Shown piece by piece: positions 39,075 through 53,123 of a stretch of DNA of 64,000 bases. The stretch lies in contig NMRA01000662.1 in the NCBI GenBank assembly GCA_002633005.1, positions 133,375 through 197,374 of the forward strand, given 5' to 3'. The notes under the pieces were generated by a model. It saw only the letters and a program-made list of their open reading frames with translations, made no database searches and had not been told where the DNA came from. The stretch comes from Phoronis australis (Eukaryota; Animalia; Phoronida). A program made the position numbers and the translations under genes. Each line of letters starts with the position of its first letter. Position 1 is the stretch's first letter.

Positions 39075-39390
39075 ATAGACTGAGAACTATCAGCAGTTAC
39101 GTCTTGGCGAATCCACGTTTCGGCATAATGTTGAGGTTTGAACATGGAAAGCGGAGGACCATTGACCTTGCCAAACATCGAGCTGGAGGTAGTTTCTAAT
39201 AGCTGCACACAAGAACGTTCGTCTGTTACTATCCGATTCATTTTGCTGAATCCTCGTTGTACAACAAGAATGAGTCTTAATGCAGAGGTCCAGTTGTCGC
39301 AGAGCACTTGGTAGGTTGTGTACTCTAACCGTCTCCTCCATTTCTACGAACTCTCGCATTCCTCTTATCGCCGTTGTGGCAAACAACCCA
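39075..39390 (-). pseudogene. Frameshifted C-terminal (dimerisation) part of a hAT transposase, KIAA1586/ZNF862-like
   Basis: IRGMREFVE...LPSALRQLDLCIKT then, after a frameshift, RGFSKMNRIVTDERS...TTSSSMFGKVNGPPLSMFKPQHYAETW, resembling ERGFSxMN...LMFIxINGPPL...W; possible 8-bp TIRs CAGTGGCG (38488) / CGCCACTG (39867) but no TSD seen. Confidence 0.7.
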
Positions 39391-40174
39391 AGCTAATCAC
39401 AAATATGCCTGACTTCGTGCTCGCCATGTTTTGGGGTTCAAGATGCCCAGAATTGCGCAAAGTGTCAGTTCATCATTGTCAAGTCAACGCCACTCCAAGT
39501 TCACAACTTTTTGAATAAATGGTCTCGCGTGCCTGAATATTCGGCAACAATGCTGCCGTCAGCGTAGCAGTGCATCGTATATCCGTAAGCTATTGTATCT
39601 AGACTACGCCCCACTATACCGTCACTTACTGTGCGTAGGCGCTACGTTGAGATGTAAAAAGGTTGTTGGGTGCGCCTACGCCCGTCTAAAACGTAACTTA
39701 CGGTGCGTAGGCTCTATGTTTAAATGCCAAATGGTGGTTGGCTGTGCCTACGTCCCACTACAGCACTGGTCGCATAAGTTTGAAAACGTCGGCCAACGGA
39801 GCGTTGCTTTCTCACGTAAGCCTAGGAAAGATTGATGATTTTTCGTATCCCACTTTGACCGCCACTGGATAAGTTATAATCTCAACCGAGAGTCACATTT
39901 TGCTGTTCATACTAATATTTTGGCCTGTTTGAAATTAAAAATGACACACGAATACTCAAGGAAGGCGGCACGCTTCCCAAGAAAAAATGAGCACCTCGCG
40001 ATAAAAGCAGCTTAGAAATTGTTTTATATGAATAGGAAAACGGGGTGTCTTGTCTCACTTTTGGAACAGAACGCGCCATGTCTTATCTTTAAAAAATCAG
40101 TAGGCTGCACACTAGAATGGTGTTGAATTCCTCCGAGCGATCTATATGCTTTTGATTTTAAATCAGATTGAAAT

Positions 40175-40694
40175 ATATATGTATAAAATGTATATGTATG
40201 AAATGTACATGTATGAAATATACATGTATGAAACGTACATGTATGAAATATACATGTATGAAATATACATGTATGAAATATACATGTATGAAACGTATAT
40301 TTATGAAATGTACATGTATGAAATATACTTGTATGAAACGTATATGTATGAAATATACATGTACGAAATGTACATGTATGAAATATACATGTATGAAACG
40401 TATATGTATGAAATGTACATGTATGAAATATACATGTATGAAACGTATATGTATGAAATGTACATGTATGAAATATACATGTATGAAACGTATATGTATG
40501 AAATATACATGTACGAAATGTACATGTATGAAATATACATGTATGAAACGTATATGTATGAAATGTACACGTATGAAACGTATATGTATGAAACGTACAT
40601 TATGAAATGTACATGTATGAAATGTATATGTATGAAATGTACATGTATGAAATGTACATGTATGAAATATACATCTATGAAACGTATATGTATG
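40175..40694. repeat. 15-bp minisatellite (atgtatgaaatatac and variants), ~34 copies
   Basis: Directly visible; explains ORFs 40146, 40168 and 40301. Confidence 0.97.
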
Positions 40695-41399
40695 TAATAA
40701 CTAAACACCAAGAGGGCACGAGAGTATAGGGTTCGACAAAATTTTCCGATCGATCGCGCAATATTTCAATGTTTCGATCGTAAAATAAGGGCATCTCATT
40801 TATGTTACATTATGAGTAACCGAAGCTGTGATGGCCAGTAATAATAATTGAGACTAATGATCGACATATAGCCAGACTAATTTTTTCTGAATGGATCGAT
40901 TAAATACCGTTAGTATATTTGACATTATTTTGTTAAGAGATTTTTGGAAAATATTGAAAACTCGTGCTCTCTTTTGGCTAATAGGCAACTTAACATTGAA
41001 ATCGCACTGGGCTCGGGTCTTCAATAGCAAGGTTACATAATGGTTAGTTGATGTTCGCCAAAGTCGGACGCTACATAACTCTTTCGTTTACACTCAAGTC
41101 GGTACGACTTCAAATTGACAGACGAGTCTTGTTTATTTAGTTATTCATACGTTTGTAAATCGACTGCTATTTTTAAAATAACTAAGAAATCATAGATGGT
41201 CTTATAGCAATTACAAACAAATCTTTATGTTTCTGTGTATTTCCGAAAGTTGAAAGTAGCCAGTCTAACAGATAGTCCATCGCATCCCAGCATAGTTTCA
41301 ACTGAGCTATAAAAACAGCATTTTTTGTCTAAGTCTGAAAACCACCTCTCATTTTGAGTTAAGAACAAGTCAAGACCAGCTTTATAGCGGCACGTGGTC

Positions 41400-41532
41400 A
41401 ACTCCCCGAATGACAAAGAGTCCACTCCCCGGATGACAAGAAGTCCACTCCCTGGATGACAAGGAGACCACTCCGCGGATGACAAGGAGTTCACTCCCCG
41501 GATGAGAAGGAATCCACTCCCCGGATGACACA
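41400..41532. repeat. ~22-23-bp minisatellite (ccactccccggatgacaagragt), ~6 copies
   Basis: Directly visible. Confidence 0.9.
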
Positions 41533-41974
41533 AGTCCTCACGTTATAAATCAAATTGCTAGGAATTTCCTTCTGAATACATGACATGCATAATATAAAAA
41601 ATAACGCCAATTTTCTAATTTTCCTGGAAATTAGGAAGACATAATCAAAGTGTGCACTTAATTTTCATTGGTTTATCTGTTCAGGAAACTTTGGTTTTAT
41701 ACACGTCAATTTTTTTCTGAAACTTAGACGGTGTTTATATGCTTAATTGTATGCAGTGACGTATTATCTCAATGGGTTGGGTGAAAAGTTACTTTACATT
41801 GGCATAATCTGCGTCCCACGTAGTCGTTGGTCTCGTTCGATAAGAGAACCTCGCCTCAGTCTTGTTTTGTTCTGCTAATCATTTACAGATGCATTTTAAC
41901 CGGTTTAGGTGGCCAAAAAATCGGAAATAGAATTAAGCCTGTTACTTTCATAAAATTGTTTTCATAATATTTCT

Positions 41975-42070
41975 TACTGTGACAGGATTCTATTTCTGTT
42001 ACAAATTCAAGTTTCGGAGATTGCGTACATGCACCATTTTCAAATTCTCAACTTTAGGTTGGCCAACCCC
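41975..42070. repeat. Dispersed repeat fragment also present at ~62795-62891
   Basis: gtgacaggattcta(t/g)ttctgttacaaa...ccattttcaaatt...ggttggcc(a/g)accc at both sites. Confidence 0.8.
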
Positions 42071-42299
42071 AAAATATCATGAAACGTTTCCACGGGCAAA
42101 TTTCTCAATTGGGTGTTATCATGCTAACTTACATAAATAATCTGTCAAAATTATCGATCTAAAATCCCCCATGAGTTTCAATGGCTTAACTATATTTTTA
42201 TCGGTGAATCAAAAAATATATGGGGTTATCTCTTCCTGTTCAGCTAGTTGAGAAATGAAAAACAGTAAAACGAACCAAGTCGTTTACTCTCGTAAAGTT

Positions 42300-42514
42300 G
42301 GTTTTGAATAAAAAGTACACGCTCAGCCATAGAAATCGCTTTCGCGTTACATCCGAGTTCTCATTCACTCACTTGCATACACTCAATAAGACCGAGCTCA
42401 GAGGAGAGTCCTTCGTACAATGCTCGATGGTCTGCCAGCAAGGCCAGCTAGGATTCGAACCCTGGTCTACCAAACGGGAGTCCGGAGCTCAAACTACTGA
42501 GTCTCACAGTCTCC
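42300..42514 (-). mobile_element. tRNA-derived SINE
   Basis: Minus strand GGAGACTGTGAGACTCAGTAGTTTGAGCTCCGG...GGGTTCGAATCCTAGCTGGCC has A-box-like and B-box motifs followed by a non-tRNA body. Confidence 0.65.
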
Positions 42515-44287
42515 TTAGTCACAGGTAGTCGCTGATAATTTCAGTGTTCTTGTTGCGCCCGGGAATAAAATCCTAAGACGTTAAGGAATATTACGAGACG
42601 GATTCGATTTCAGTACAAGGTCTGGTTTGACGGCGATATGCAGCTGTAAATGGAAGACTGGTGCAAAAATTATTCAATTTCAAGGAAGTCCTGTTTTTAT
42701 TGTATGCATTAATACTTGTGAAATAAATTTTTAGAAAATTCGCGGACTTTCTATAACGGCTGGGCAGAAGGCTAACTAGCACTTAAGAAAACAACTGGGT
42801 TATATAACGATATCCTGCTTGGTAGAAAGCGCAAATTACCACATGGATAGTGCAGTGAAGTATTTTTACAGTTACGTGTAATTTTATGTAAACAGAGCAT
42901 TTTTATACAATCACTCACATTTATTCCTCTTTACAGGAAAAATGCAACAGTTATCGGAGTACGGACTTCGTGAACACTGACTGATAAAAACAGCTTCAAT
43001 CCTGGCAACATATCCACTGGTCTCGCCTTTCGATAAAACAGTAACTATTGATATTGAATTTGTGACTTAGCGTTTGCACAACATCGAGCTTACTGTGAAA
43101 CCTATATCATTGCGAACGTTCGATAACCAGGGTTTACCAGTTCCAATTTCGAGACAGTTCCGCGCAATATGACGTTAAAAAGAGCGCGCATGAAATCAAA
43201 ATCAGGCAACTCTAAAAGTCGATCATCGCTGATCTGATATCAATCGTATCAGCTTTCAAGAATCTCACTCCCATGTCTTCAATCATTAGCAAATATCCAG
43301 CGGCGCCAAGCATATAAGTTCCTTTGCCGAAACGGACAGTTAGAAATCACACGACTGTGACGGCTACAACGCCACAAATACCGGGTCAGGCACAGGTTCC
43401 GTTACAGTCTGTGGCCATCACGTAGTCACGTAGCATAGATGCCTGCGTGCATTTTGTTCTGTTGAAACATAAAGACTAGTTATAGCGTCATCAAACCTGT
43501 GTCATCAGCTCGGGGTAACCGTTATCTCAACAACGCTAACGAAAATGTCATGCTGGCTAAGAAGATACTAAACCCTGTTTAAGCGGTTTCACAAAAATTG
43601 TCCCACTATCTACTAGTGCACAATCAATACCTCCGCTGAAAGATAAAAGAGCAGATTCCGTATGATTCGACGGTGAGCGGTCTTTAGCACAAACGCAAAT
43701 TCATTCACCCCAAGCGTTAGTAACGCTTGCCGATATAGCTGAGATTTTTTAAGTGTTCAAATGTGGTTCTACGTTTCAAGGGTTGACAAAGGTAGCATGA
43801 CATTAATTGAACTTAAAAAGTTCAGTAACCTAGTCTTGATGTCTGTCAAAGGGCAAAAATTGGATTTAATGACCTTTTAAGCTAACTCGCATTCTTTAAT
43901 TCTCATTTCAAACTTCATCCCCACAATTGAGGCAACACGATTCCCGAAATAATGTATTTTGGCAAATATTCACTCAAACGTTGGCCACAAAATTGTTGAC
44001 ACATGGCAAATCCTGCCGGTTGATTTCTGTGTCCTAATACCGATCACAATTGGCCGATTTTGTCTGTGATTGGTCTGTGATTGGTTATTTTGTTTGGCCG
44101 GGTCATCCTTGGCGCTGACATTCAGTTGGAGTTCCAAGAATTTCCCGTTATGGCCATTTTCTCCCTTTTTCTGTCACTAACTCGGCTTTAGGAGCTTTTA
44201 GTGCATGAACCGACGCATGAGAGTACTACGTGGCCACCTGTCGGTCGATACAATATTAAATTGCATGCCATATAGGACCTTTGACAC

Positions 44288-45272
44288 ATAGGCGGATTTA
44301 GGGGGGGGGGGGNCCCTTAGCTGCAGGAAAAAATAAAACAGCAAGAGCGTAGGGAAATGTTGAGTTTATTAATTAACCCCGGTAATTAACATTATACGGC
44401 GGAAACAAGATTTTAATGTGTGCAGTTTTAGTGTGTTTGGGGGAGGGGGCTCAGATCCAATTTCAAATGTCAAATTCGGAACACGTAACGGCTCAATCGC
44501 AACGAAACTATGGCTAAGTATAGGTTCTCCCGCGATATCCCAGGCGATCGGCAGTGGCGCTGCGCACTACGACTCCGTTTCCGTCGTCTGCTTCACAGTG
44601 CAATGAAAAAAATTACTTCATTTTTTTAAAGAAAATGGAATTTGAGTGACGATGAAAAAACAGAAGCTGCTGGTAAGATGTGAATTTTAATCGAAGCCTC
44701 AGTGAATCACTCAGAAACTCATAATTATCTCTTTGTCAACCTTTAACTTAAGACGATTTGCAAAGCAATCGCGTCATTAATGCCAACACAAAAACGGATT
44801 TGGTCTTTTAGGCAATTGAAGACTATTTTAAAAACAACAAATTTGTTACGAACTGATTGCACAAAGTATAAAAAGTGTAATAAGCATTACAAAAAGAAGT
44901 AGGTTTCGCTCGTAAACGCTGTGAACCATAAACAAGTAGGTCTCTTATTATCATTTTTTTTTTGGTGAAGTCGTCCGTCAGCCAGATCGTGAGTTCGAGT
45001 CTGTGATAATCGTAGTTTGTTATGTTTGACACGTTCGCCGTGTCTTTTTTCCTTTTTCTTTTTATTTGCCTTTTTTCTTGGTTAATACTTCAGGAATCAA
45101 GGAAAATGCTTGATTTTTAGAGGAAAAAAAAGAAAAATTTTCTTGGGCGGGAGGGGGGCGAACCCCCTCCCGACCTCCCCCCATTCGGTGTTATGCGCAT
45201 CTAATCGTGCTTTGCACAAATGTTTTCAGACAACATGTTGGCCCCTCTTGTGTTATCCTTGATCCGCCACTG
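44288..45272. mobile_element. Non-autonomous DNA element of the CAGKGGCGGAT-TIR (hAT-like) type
   Basis: CATAGGCGGATTTAGGGGG... / ...GATCCGCCACTG with G/C runs next to the termini; no TSD seen. Confidence 0.5.
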
Positions 45273-46113
45273 TGACAAATGTGAAAAATTGGCCAACTTG
45301 TGACCGTCATGTCACATAAATAGTCGATCAGATTCATGTAAAACTTTACCATACTCTGTTTTATGCACTGTTCTTTAAAGCGCCGTTTGTTCAACATTTG
45401 CACGAGAGCTATTAAAAATAACATGAAAACGAAATTATCAAGAAAACCGCGTTTTAGAGATTTCATGTTGACCATTTTTATCAAATGGAATTTGGTCATG
45501 TTATGATGCTGTTTCTTTGGTATGAATGCACCTTTTTATAACCATATTTTACTAAGATACTTGGTCACGTGACCCACTTGCCGCCAGACTGTTATGAAGG
45601 TAAGAACCATGTCTGCAGGCTCTCTAATTTAATTTTCCAGTATTCCAAAATTGTGTTTCAATTTGCGCAATGTCGCGCTCTTCTGATCGGAGGACGTCAC
45701 AACTGCATTTCACGAAATACCGGTATGATGAAGAAGAGACAACTTTTTCATGCATATGCATACCAAGTGCCTATTATCGATTTACAACACTGCTTTCTAA
45801 ATCTGACCATATCCTGTTTTCACAGTTTAGAACAGAGTGGGCCGCATATCATGCCATCCCTGAAATACAAAATATCGCTAATTAAGGCCGTTAATTGCGT
45901 CTTGACTACCATTTTTCAAGTCAGTCCAATGTCATTCAACTGTGGCGAAAGTTTTGCTTGAGCGCCGATACAGATATTTAAGAACAAGGTAACGCGGCGT
46001 AACATCGTGGACCTATTGGATCTAAGCTAAACCAAGGGCTGTAATTCATAGGCGAGTTCAAGAAATTGTTCCCACCCCTTAAATGCAGCTCATGTAATGT
46101 TAAGATAATTGAC

Positions 46114-46265
46114 CAGGGGCGGATACAGGATTTTGAGTTAGGAGGGGGCAGGACAGACTATTAGCCAAGATTTTGCCCGTCAGACATTCGCACCCCTGGA
46201 ATGCCAAATGGAAACTGGGAAAATTTTAGGGGTGTGGGGCATGCCTCCCCTTAAATCCGCCACTG
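46114..46265. mobile_element. Short MITE of the same TIR family
   Basis: CAGGGGCGGATACAGG ... CCCCTTAAATCCGCCACTG. Confidence 0.7.
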
Positions 46266-49200
46266 GTGACTGATACTCGAGTATACCAATTCAATGAAAC
46301 ACCAATTTCCTAGAGAGTTAATTCAGATAGACAAAACTACCCAATGCCGCATTTCGCGGTTCGTGGTACTAGGATGGATTTTTCTGTGGCATCATTTATC
46401 TCTAACAAGATTTGTAAAAAATCTTTGAATCAGCCACTTTTTGTAGATACATAAACATGGTCAAGCAGAAACCTTGCTAGAGACGTCCTTGACGTTGGGT
46501 CACCACATGGAAACGCAGCATGAAAACTAATTAAAGCCCACGATTTCATATTACTTACGGCGGATAAGATTTTGTCACAAACATGAACATCAAAACCATC
46601 AGCGACCCAAGAACATGCTTCAGAGTGTACTGCGGTTGGACAACCCTAAAAGTACGAATTCGAAAAAGGCACATGTACGCATTTCCTGTGACTGGAGTAA
46701 GTAACGAAAATTGAATCCTGTCACCGTGAGGAATATTATGAGACCATCTTTATGAGTGTCAACATGATCTAAGCTCTTCAACCGAGAACGACTATGCCTA
46801 CTCAATACCGGTTAAATAATGGTCCAGCAGACAACGATGACTGAATACTCAATGTGATTTTTTTACAAGTCCTTTGGAAGAAATTCATAACAACTGAATT
46901 TCAGGAAAATTGAATATTGGTGGTATTGCACGTGCATGTGTGTACAGGTGAAGGACAAGGCTGTAAATAAAAGAAAAATCCAGGCTAAGAACGTAACGTT
47001 TTATTATCAAAACTCCCACAAAACATTCAGTAGTGTATGTCCAACATAACAAAGCATATAAGCATATTAGAAATGTCATCTCTTTGCTCAAACATATTCA
47101 GAAGGCCATTTAAGAAGTAGCTTTTAGCAAAACATTAGAAACTCGACCGTTTCAGAGAATCCTGTTCTTGTCAATAGATTTGTACAAGAAATTCTGACGT
47201 CATTAATCATCGTTAACACGAGCACCAGGCTTTCAAGCAGTTTTAGGCAAAACAGCAAACAAAGGAAAAACTGTGAAGATAAAATATGAACAAGAGCAGG
47301 CGTTCAGGAGTAGTTTTCATCGACACTTAACTATGACGTTCACCCCATGTGACAGGCAGAACTCGCCATTAGTTGGAGAACCAGCAGGACTTTATTCACA
47401 CTGTTGAGTGTCAATGGTTTGACTGCGTAATTCGATATATTGTACATCACCTACCATTGAAGGAAAGGGGCTTCTTAAGTTGCACAATCCTGGGCTAAGG
47501 TCCCTGGGGGGGTCCTAATGAGGACCCAAAAATACATTTAATTAAAATTTTGAGTGCAACATCCTTTCAAGTTTATTTTTTTCAAATCAAAACTCAAATT
47601 AAAATGGTACGACTTGAGACACCCCAAAACAACCTAGTTTGTATCAATTTAGATCGAGTAGTTCCACTCGATAACAACAAGTACAGCTCTTTTACCTAAC
47701 ACCTAACGGCAGACGGAGGTGTTGAAATTAACCAATGACGTCACAGGTTCGAATGCAGTCTGTTCAGCAGTTCACAACACGCTTACTGGTGACAACTTAT
47801 CTCTTGAATTCATCGTTTGACACCAATAAATCATCAAAATTCGCTGTAAATACCCTTACAAATACATCGAGTGAGTGAACAAATGTGTTATTTTATTTCG
47901 CTGTTACGGATTTTTAGGTATTTGAACATACCGTAGCCTACAAAGTTCGGTACTAGGCCAATGCCAAGGTCGGTCGCGGGAGTTGAGGGTCTGTTCGGTG
48001 ATAAATTCAAGTTATTCGTCCGTGAAATACAGACAGAAGAACAAAGCTGTGTGTTGCAATTTTAGACTTGCGATCTTTTTCAGTTGTAAGCACACAAAAC
48101 ACTTGTATCTAAAGCCGCTAACGCAATGATTTATTCATTGCAGCCTTCTCAAAACACTCCAAGGCATTGCAAATTGTATCTAATGAGACAGACTTTGTTT
48201 CAGTTTTATATAAGCATTGGTTAGGGTGAGAATAATTCATTTTGACACAGAACGCACAATTACAAACATCAACGTGGCAACTCGCAATCCCAACTTAGAC
48301 GCATGCTCATCCGGCGAAGACTTCACAGGTCGATCGTAGGTTTCACAGGCTATCAGTTTGAACCGGAATACACTGACCAAGAAATAATAGAGGCTCCATG
48401 AACGTGCACAGACAACGGAACATGTCTATAATTCCGAAAACAGTTTGAATGACTTAGTCATGGTGTCAGTGACCTAACTGCACGATAATGGAAATGACTG
48501 ACGCTTGCGTTTGCTGCCACGAAATTCCGCAAGTGAAACGAAGCGCAGATGTGTCTCACGGACTGTCCTGATTTTGCACAGCGTCTAAACACTCTGAGAG
48601 GTGTTCTTACGACGTTTTTTAGGGCTGAGAAAAAGAACTGGCGAAAACATCCTACACCCGGAGGACCAAACACAAGCCTCACGAACGAGTCAGTCGTTAA
48701 ACAGGTTACATAAAACGTTATGTTCTCACGCCTTGAATTAATTGTAATTGTTTATGTTTTCATGGCCAACTACAATTCTCCATAATCAACAACCCATCCG
48801 ACAAAATGAACCCACACAGAAAAGTTTCACGGCCTCATACTAGGTATTAACGGCGTACTTTTCATTCTTCACTACCCCGAGCCACTTCCGAAGCATTACG
48901 AGCTCTCAAGGAAATCGAAAAAACGATATATCCACTGTCCTTGCAGCTTCATAGTTCGCACAAGCGGGAACGATACACCACACCATAGCGGCACTCACTC
49001 TGCACAAGAACCACTGACGTCGCTGAGTCGTTTATCACCTTCTTCACAGGTTAACGCGACACCTCTCGGCGAGGTAAAATCGACCGTATACGAGGTGATG
49101 TGGATATAGACCGATTAAGACGGTAAAAAACGACTAATTAAATCGGGTGGCATTCTCTTTTAAACTTTTAAGTGCATCAATTTTTTTCCAAATTATAGGT

Positions 49201-49374
49201 TAGTAACTCTATTGGCCGGTTGCACGAAATGGTCCCAAATAGGGACTCAACTAAGGTCCCTAAGTCTTTGTGCGTATATGTGTCTTTATGGACTCATATA
49301 TGCAAAATTTTTCTATCATTTCAGCTTGATCATGAGCTCGTCTTTGATTAGTGACGTTTTCTGATAATATAACT

Positions 49375-51520
49375 AACAAGAGCAACGCGGAGCGTTGAAA
49401 TGCGCACACGAATGCACTGCAAACGGAGTGCTTCTAGGGTTGTTTATTTGTTTCATAAAAATAGCCACAAGAGGGTAAAATAACATCCAATCCATCTGAA
49501 AGTGGGTACATGCCACCGCTTTTTTAATAGAAAGCTATTTAGCAAATTTTATAAAAAATCTGTCAAGCAACTTCAGAGAAACAAAAGAAAATAAAAATAA
49601 TGAAATTGCCACTTTGGGACACAGCCTTCATTGGACGTTGTCATCTGTTGTTAGCTTTATATACAATTACTAAATTTAATAAAGATCCTGCAGTGAGTTT
49701 AGGAGATGCAGCTATGGGCACAAAACAAAACAAAACTACCACTAGGAGGCGCTACAGTAGTCGAATGTGTTATTGTCAACCGTCCTCTTCACACTGAGAA
49801 CATATACCATATACCAATTTTCAAAGTCATCCTCAGAATGGCTTGGTTGATCGAGGGGTGGACGCTAAAAACAAGACTCGAAAACAGGAATAATGGCCAC
49901 TAGGTGGTGCAAAAGTTCTTCGATTCCATCCCAAAGCGGGAGGATAGCATCATCTCATCAATAACTGCCTATATTCCAAACTTTCTGATAATCCGTTGAC
50001 GACCTTTGAAGATACAGAGGTAAGCCTAAAAATGAAAATTGCCACTACGGGGCACACTGGTTGTCAGATCCGTCCGAAAGTTGTTGTCATCCGTTGTTAA
50101 CATCATATAAATACACTTGCTAAATTTAGCAAAGATGCTGCAAACCGTTTAGGAGATACAGCCATGGGCGCAAAAAACACAAACTGCCACTAGGAGGCGC
50201 CACAGTAGTCGAAGTCATTGGTAAATCATCGTCAGCTTCGTAGTAAGAACATACATGCCAATTTTCACAATCATCCTTAGTGCAGTTTGGTTGATAGAGG
50301 GGTGGACACCAAAAACAGACTAAAAACAGTAAAAATGGCCACTAGGTGTCAAATCCATCCGAAAATGGGAGGATAGCTTCATCTCACTAAGTGCCAAAAT
50401 TTAAAATTTTATGAAAATACGTTGAGAACCTTTGAAGATACAGAGGTAAACGTAAAAAACATAAATTGCCATTAGGGGGCACACCGGTAGTCAAATCTGT
50501 CCGAAAGTTGTCGTCATCCCTTGTCAACATCATATAAATAGGCTTGCAGAATTTAGCAAAGAGCCTGCCAACGGTTTAGGAGATACAGCCATGGGCGCAA
50601 AAAGAGACAAAACTGCCACTAGGAGGCGCCACAGTAGTCGAAATCGTCGGAAAATCATCGTCAGCCGTCCTCTTAAAATTATTTTATGTAAGCTATACTG
50701 CCTCCTCCTCATTATCACATTGTTTGGATTCTCTGGTCAGTGACCCTCTTTGTTTTACGATTATTGGTTTAATTGTACCACGTGATCTCTTTGTCTTGTT
50801 GCAACACTGGGCCATCGTCCACAATTCTCTCCAACTTTCATTTTTCACTCAATTTCTCTTTCCCTCCCTCCCTCAAACCAATTTTCATTCTTTCCCTTTA
50901 TCCTCAAATTTCACATGTCGCTGTCCCGGTGTTGCTGTTATTCTTCCGCATATTGTTTCTTAACTTACTATGGCAGATTGTCACCCACCTTTACAGTGCA
51001 ACATGTTATATAACTTTTGTAATTACTGATATCTGTAGTAGTTTAGTTTGTCATAATATATATGACCTTTTATCTCAACTACATGTGTTGTTTCACTGTA
51101 AACTAGCTTCGGTATCGCTTCGCAGTTAGCGCATATAAAAACATACATGCCAATTTCCACGAGAGCGGTTTGGTTGATAGAGGGGTAGCCGCCAAAAAAC
51201 AGACTCGAAAACAGCAAAATGTGACCACTAGGTGGCGCAAACTACGTCAAATCCATCCGAAAACGGGAAGATAGCATCATCTCACCAACAGATGCCTATA
51301 TGCCAAATTTTATGAAACTACGTTTAGGACCTTTGAAGATATAGAGGTAAGCGTAAAAAACTAAAATTACCACTAGGGGGCACACCGGCAGTCGGATCCG
51401 TCCGAAAGTTCGCTCATGCCGACCCATCCATGATAGGAACATATGTGCAAAATTTCATGAACGTACGTCAAAGCGTTTTGGAGATAGAGCTGCATGAAGA
51501 TTGTCGTCAAAATATATATT
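49375..51520 (-). mobile_element. Helentron/HINE-like element carrying an internal ~435-bp tandem array, with an unrelated ~440-bp insert at ~50676-51115
   Basis: End AACAAGAG-CAACGC-GGA-GCGTTG hairpin, then TGCGCACACGAATGC; motif gccactagg recurs every ~140-155 bp with a ~435-bp higher-order period; homologous to 59636-60917. Confidence 0.65.
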
Positions 51521-53123
51521 GATATGCAGCTTTGTACCAAGGCTATCTTAGACCACGTAATATCTGAAAATTCCGTGAGCTTAGAATTCAGTTTGAGCAG
51601 AATCTGAGACATGAATGCAATAAGGAGCAGACATCTTGCCAGTCTCTTGTGAAGTCGCACACTCATTCAATAATTCATGGTTTCAGCAGTGTCCTAGCTG
51701 GCCCAAAACTGCTGTTTGCAGAAGCACAAAATGATTCAGGAACACGCCAGGAATTATATGTATGTCAGTATGATGACACTTGCCACTTGACTTGGCTTTC
51801 CTCAATTCCAGTCCACTGACTGCTGGTTTATGAGCCTTGACCCTTGGTAATTGCCAGTTACTTGCACACCCACCCAAGAATTAACACTTTTCAATGCAGA
51901 CAGTAGCTTTAAACAAGTTAGCCAAGCCAACAGAATACCATCAGTTTGCTGTCCTGTGATGAATGCTTTCATGAAGCAGACAACTTGGGAATGGGAAAGA
52001 TACAGACACAATATTTTCCTGGCATCTGATTGGCGGTTCTGACCATTTTGCACTTACACCTGGTCCCAGTTGCATAAAAGTTATACGCCGTATAGCAACA
52101 ACAATGCCGTCGCATTACCACGCGTCACGTTGTTATTGTTGAACAATGCACCTGACGTCATGCAACAATCAAACTTATCCAGTGGATAACTTTTGAAGCT
52201 GTATGCAGCCCAGGTGGCTAACATATTATTTTAGGCTAAATTTTCCAACTTTTAAATTAAAATTATTATTAAACGTACAAGCGTATTCTCGGGAACTTTT
52301 TTGAAATTGACTTTTGATCATCTGGAGATGGGTTTAATGCAAAGATCCCGTTGCCCCACCAAAAGTAGCGACGGAGGTGAAAGATAGGAGAGCTGAGACT
52401 ATGACCCATGTCACGAGCGTGCTGTTTTTGAAACGGGCGACACACTTTCCTTTGTTACAAAAGACGGCGAATTATGCTAGACAATGACGTTTATTTGATT
52501 GTTTTCCACTTAAACGGCTGCAACGAATAAGGTGAATGTCGGTTGACAACCAGATTTTGCATGCACCCCCGCCGGTCCGTTAGCTCTACATGTTGATGCA
52601 AGTTTTACGACGAGGTGACGAGTAACTAGTATACCCGGGTAGTCAACGGGCTGTGTCAAATTTCGGAGTCTAACGGAGCTCAACACACAGTGGTACGATA
52701 GTGTTCATACAGCTATAGTCGGTAACTAACCACTGAATCCTTCAAGTTTACAGAGCTCAGTATAGGCTGGAAGCTGACTAAGAGTCCACACTGCCCACAG
52801 ACACAGTCACACCAGTGTAAATTGTTGATACAAACTGGTTGCACCTGCAAATTTTCGTCTGACGATAACAACGACTGGGTATCACTTTTTGTTGCTTCGG
52901 CTGGATTTTTTATGGGTTTAGCAGATAAGATGGGGGACCACAAGGGATAACATGACCCCCAAAATTAACTTGTATAAAAGAGGAAATTCGACAATTTTGA
53001 TAACTACGGATAAAACATTATTTCAAATAAACAAAAACACATCTGAAGATATGACCAATTTACCCTCAAACACAACAATAATGAAACGATACATCTGGGG
53101 TAACTGAATAAGCTGGCTTCAAA

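Noticed and set aside
40146-40711. Long MYE/CMK-repeat ORFs on both strands
   Set aside because: By-product of a 15-bp minisatellite lacking stops
47495-49261. 11-bp direct repeat CTAAGGTCCCT as TSD of a 1.75-kb transposon
   Set aside because: TIRs are poor and both copies follow GTTGCAC, so they may be homologous pieces of related MITEs
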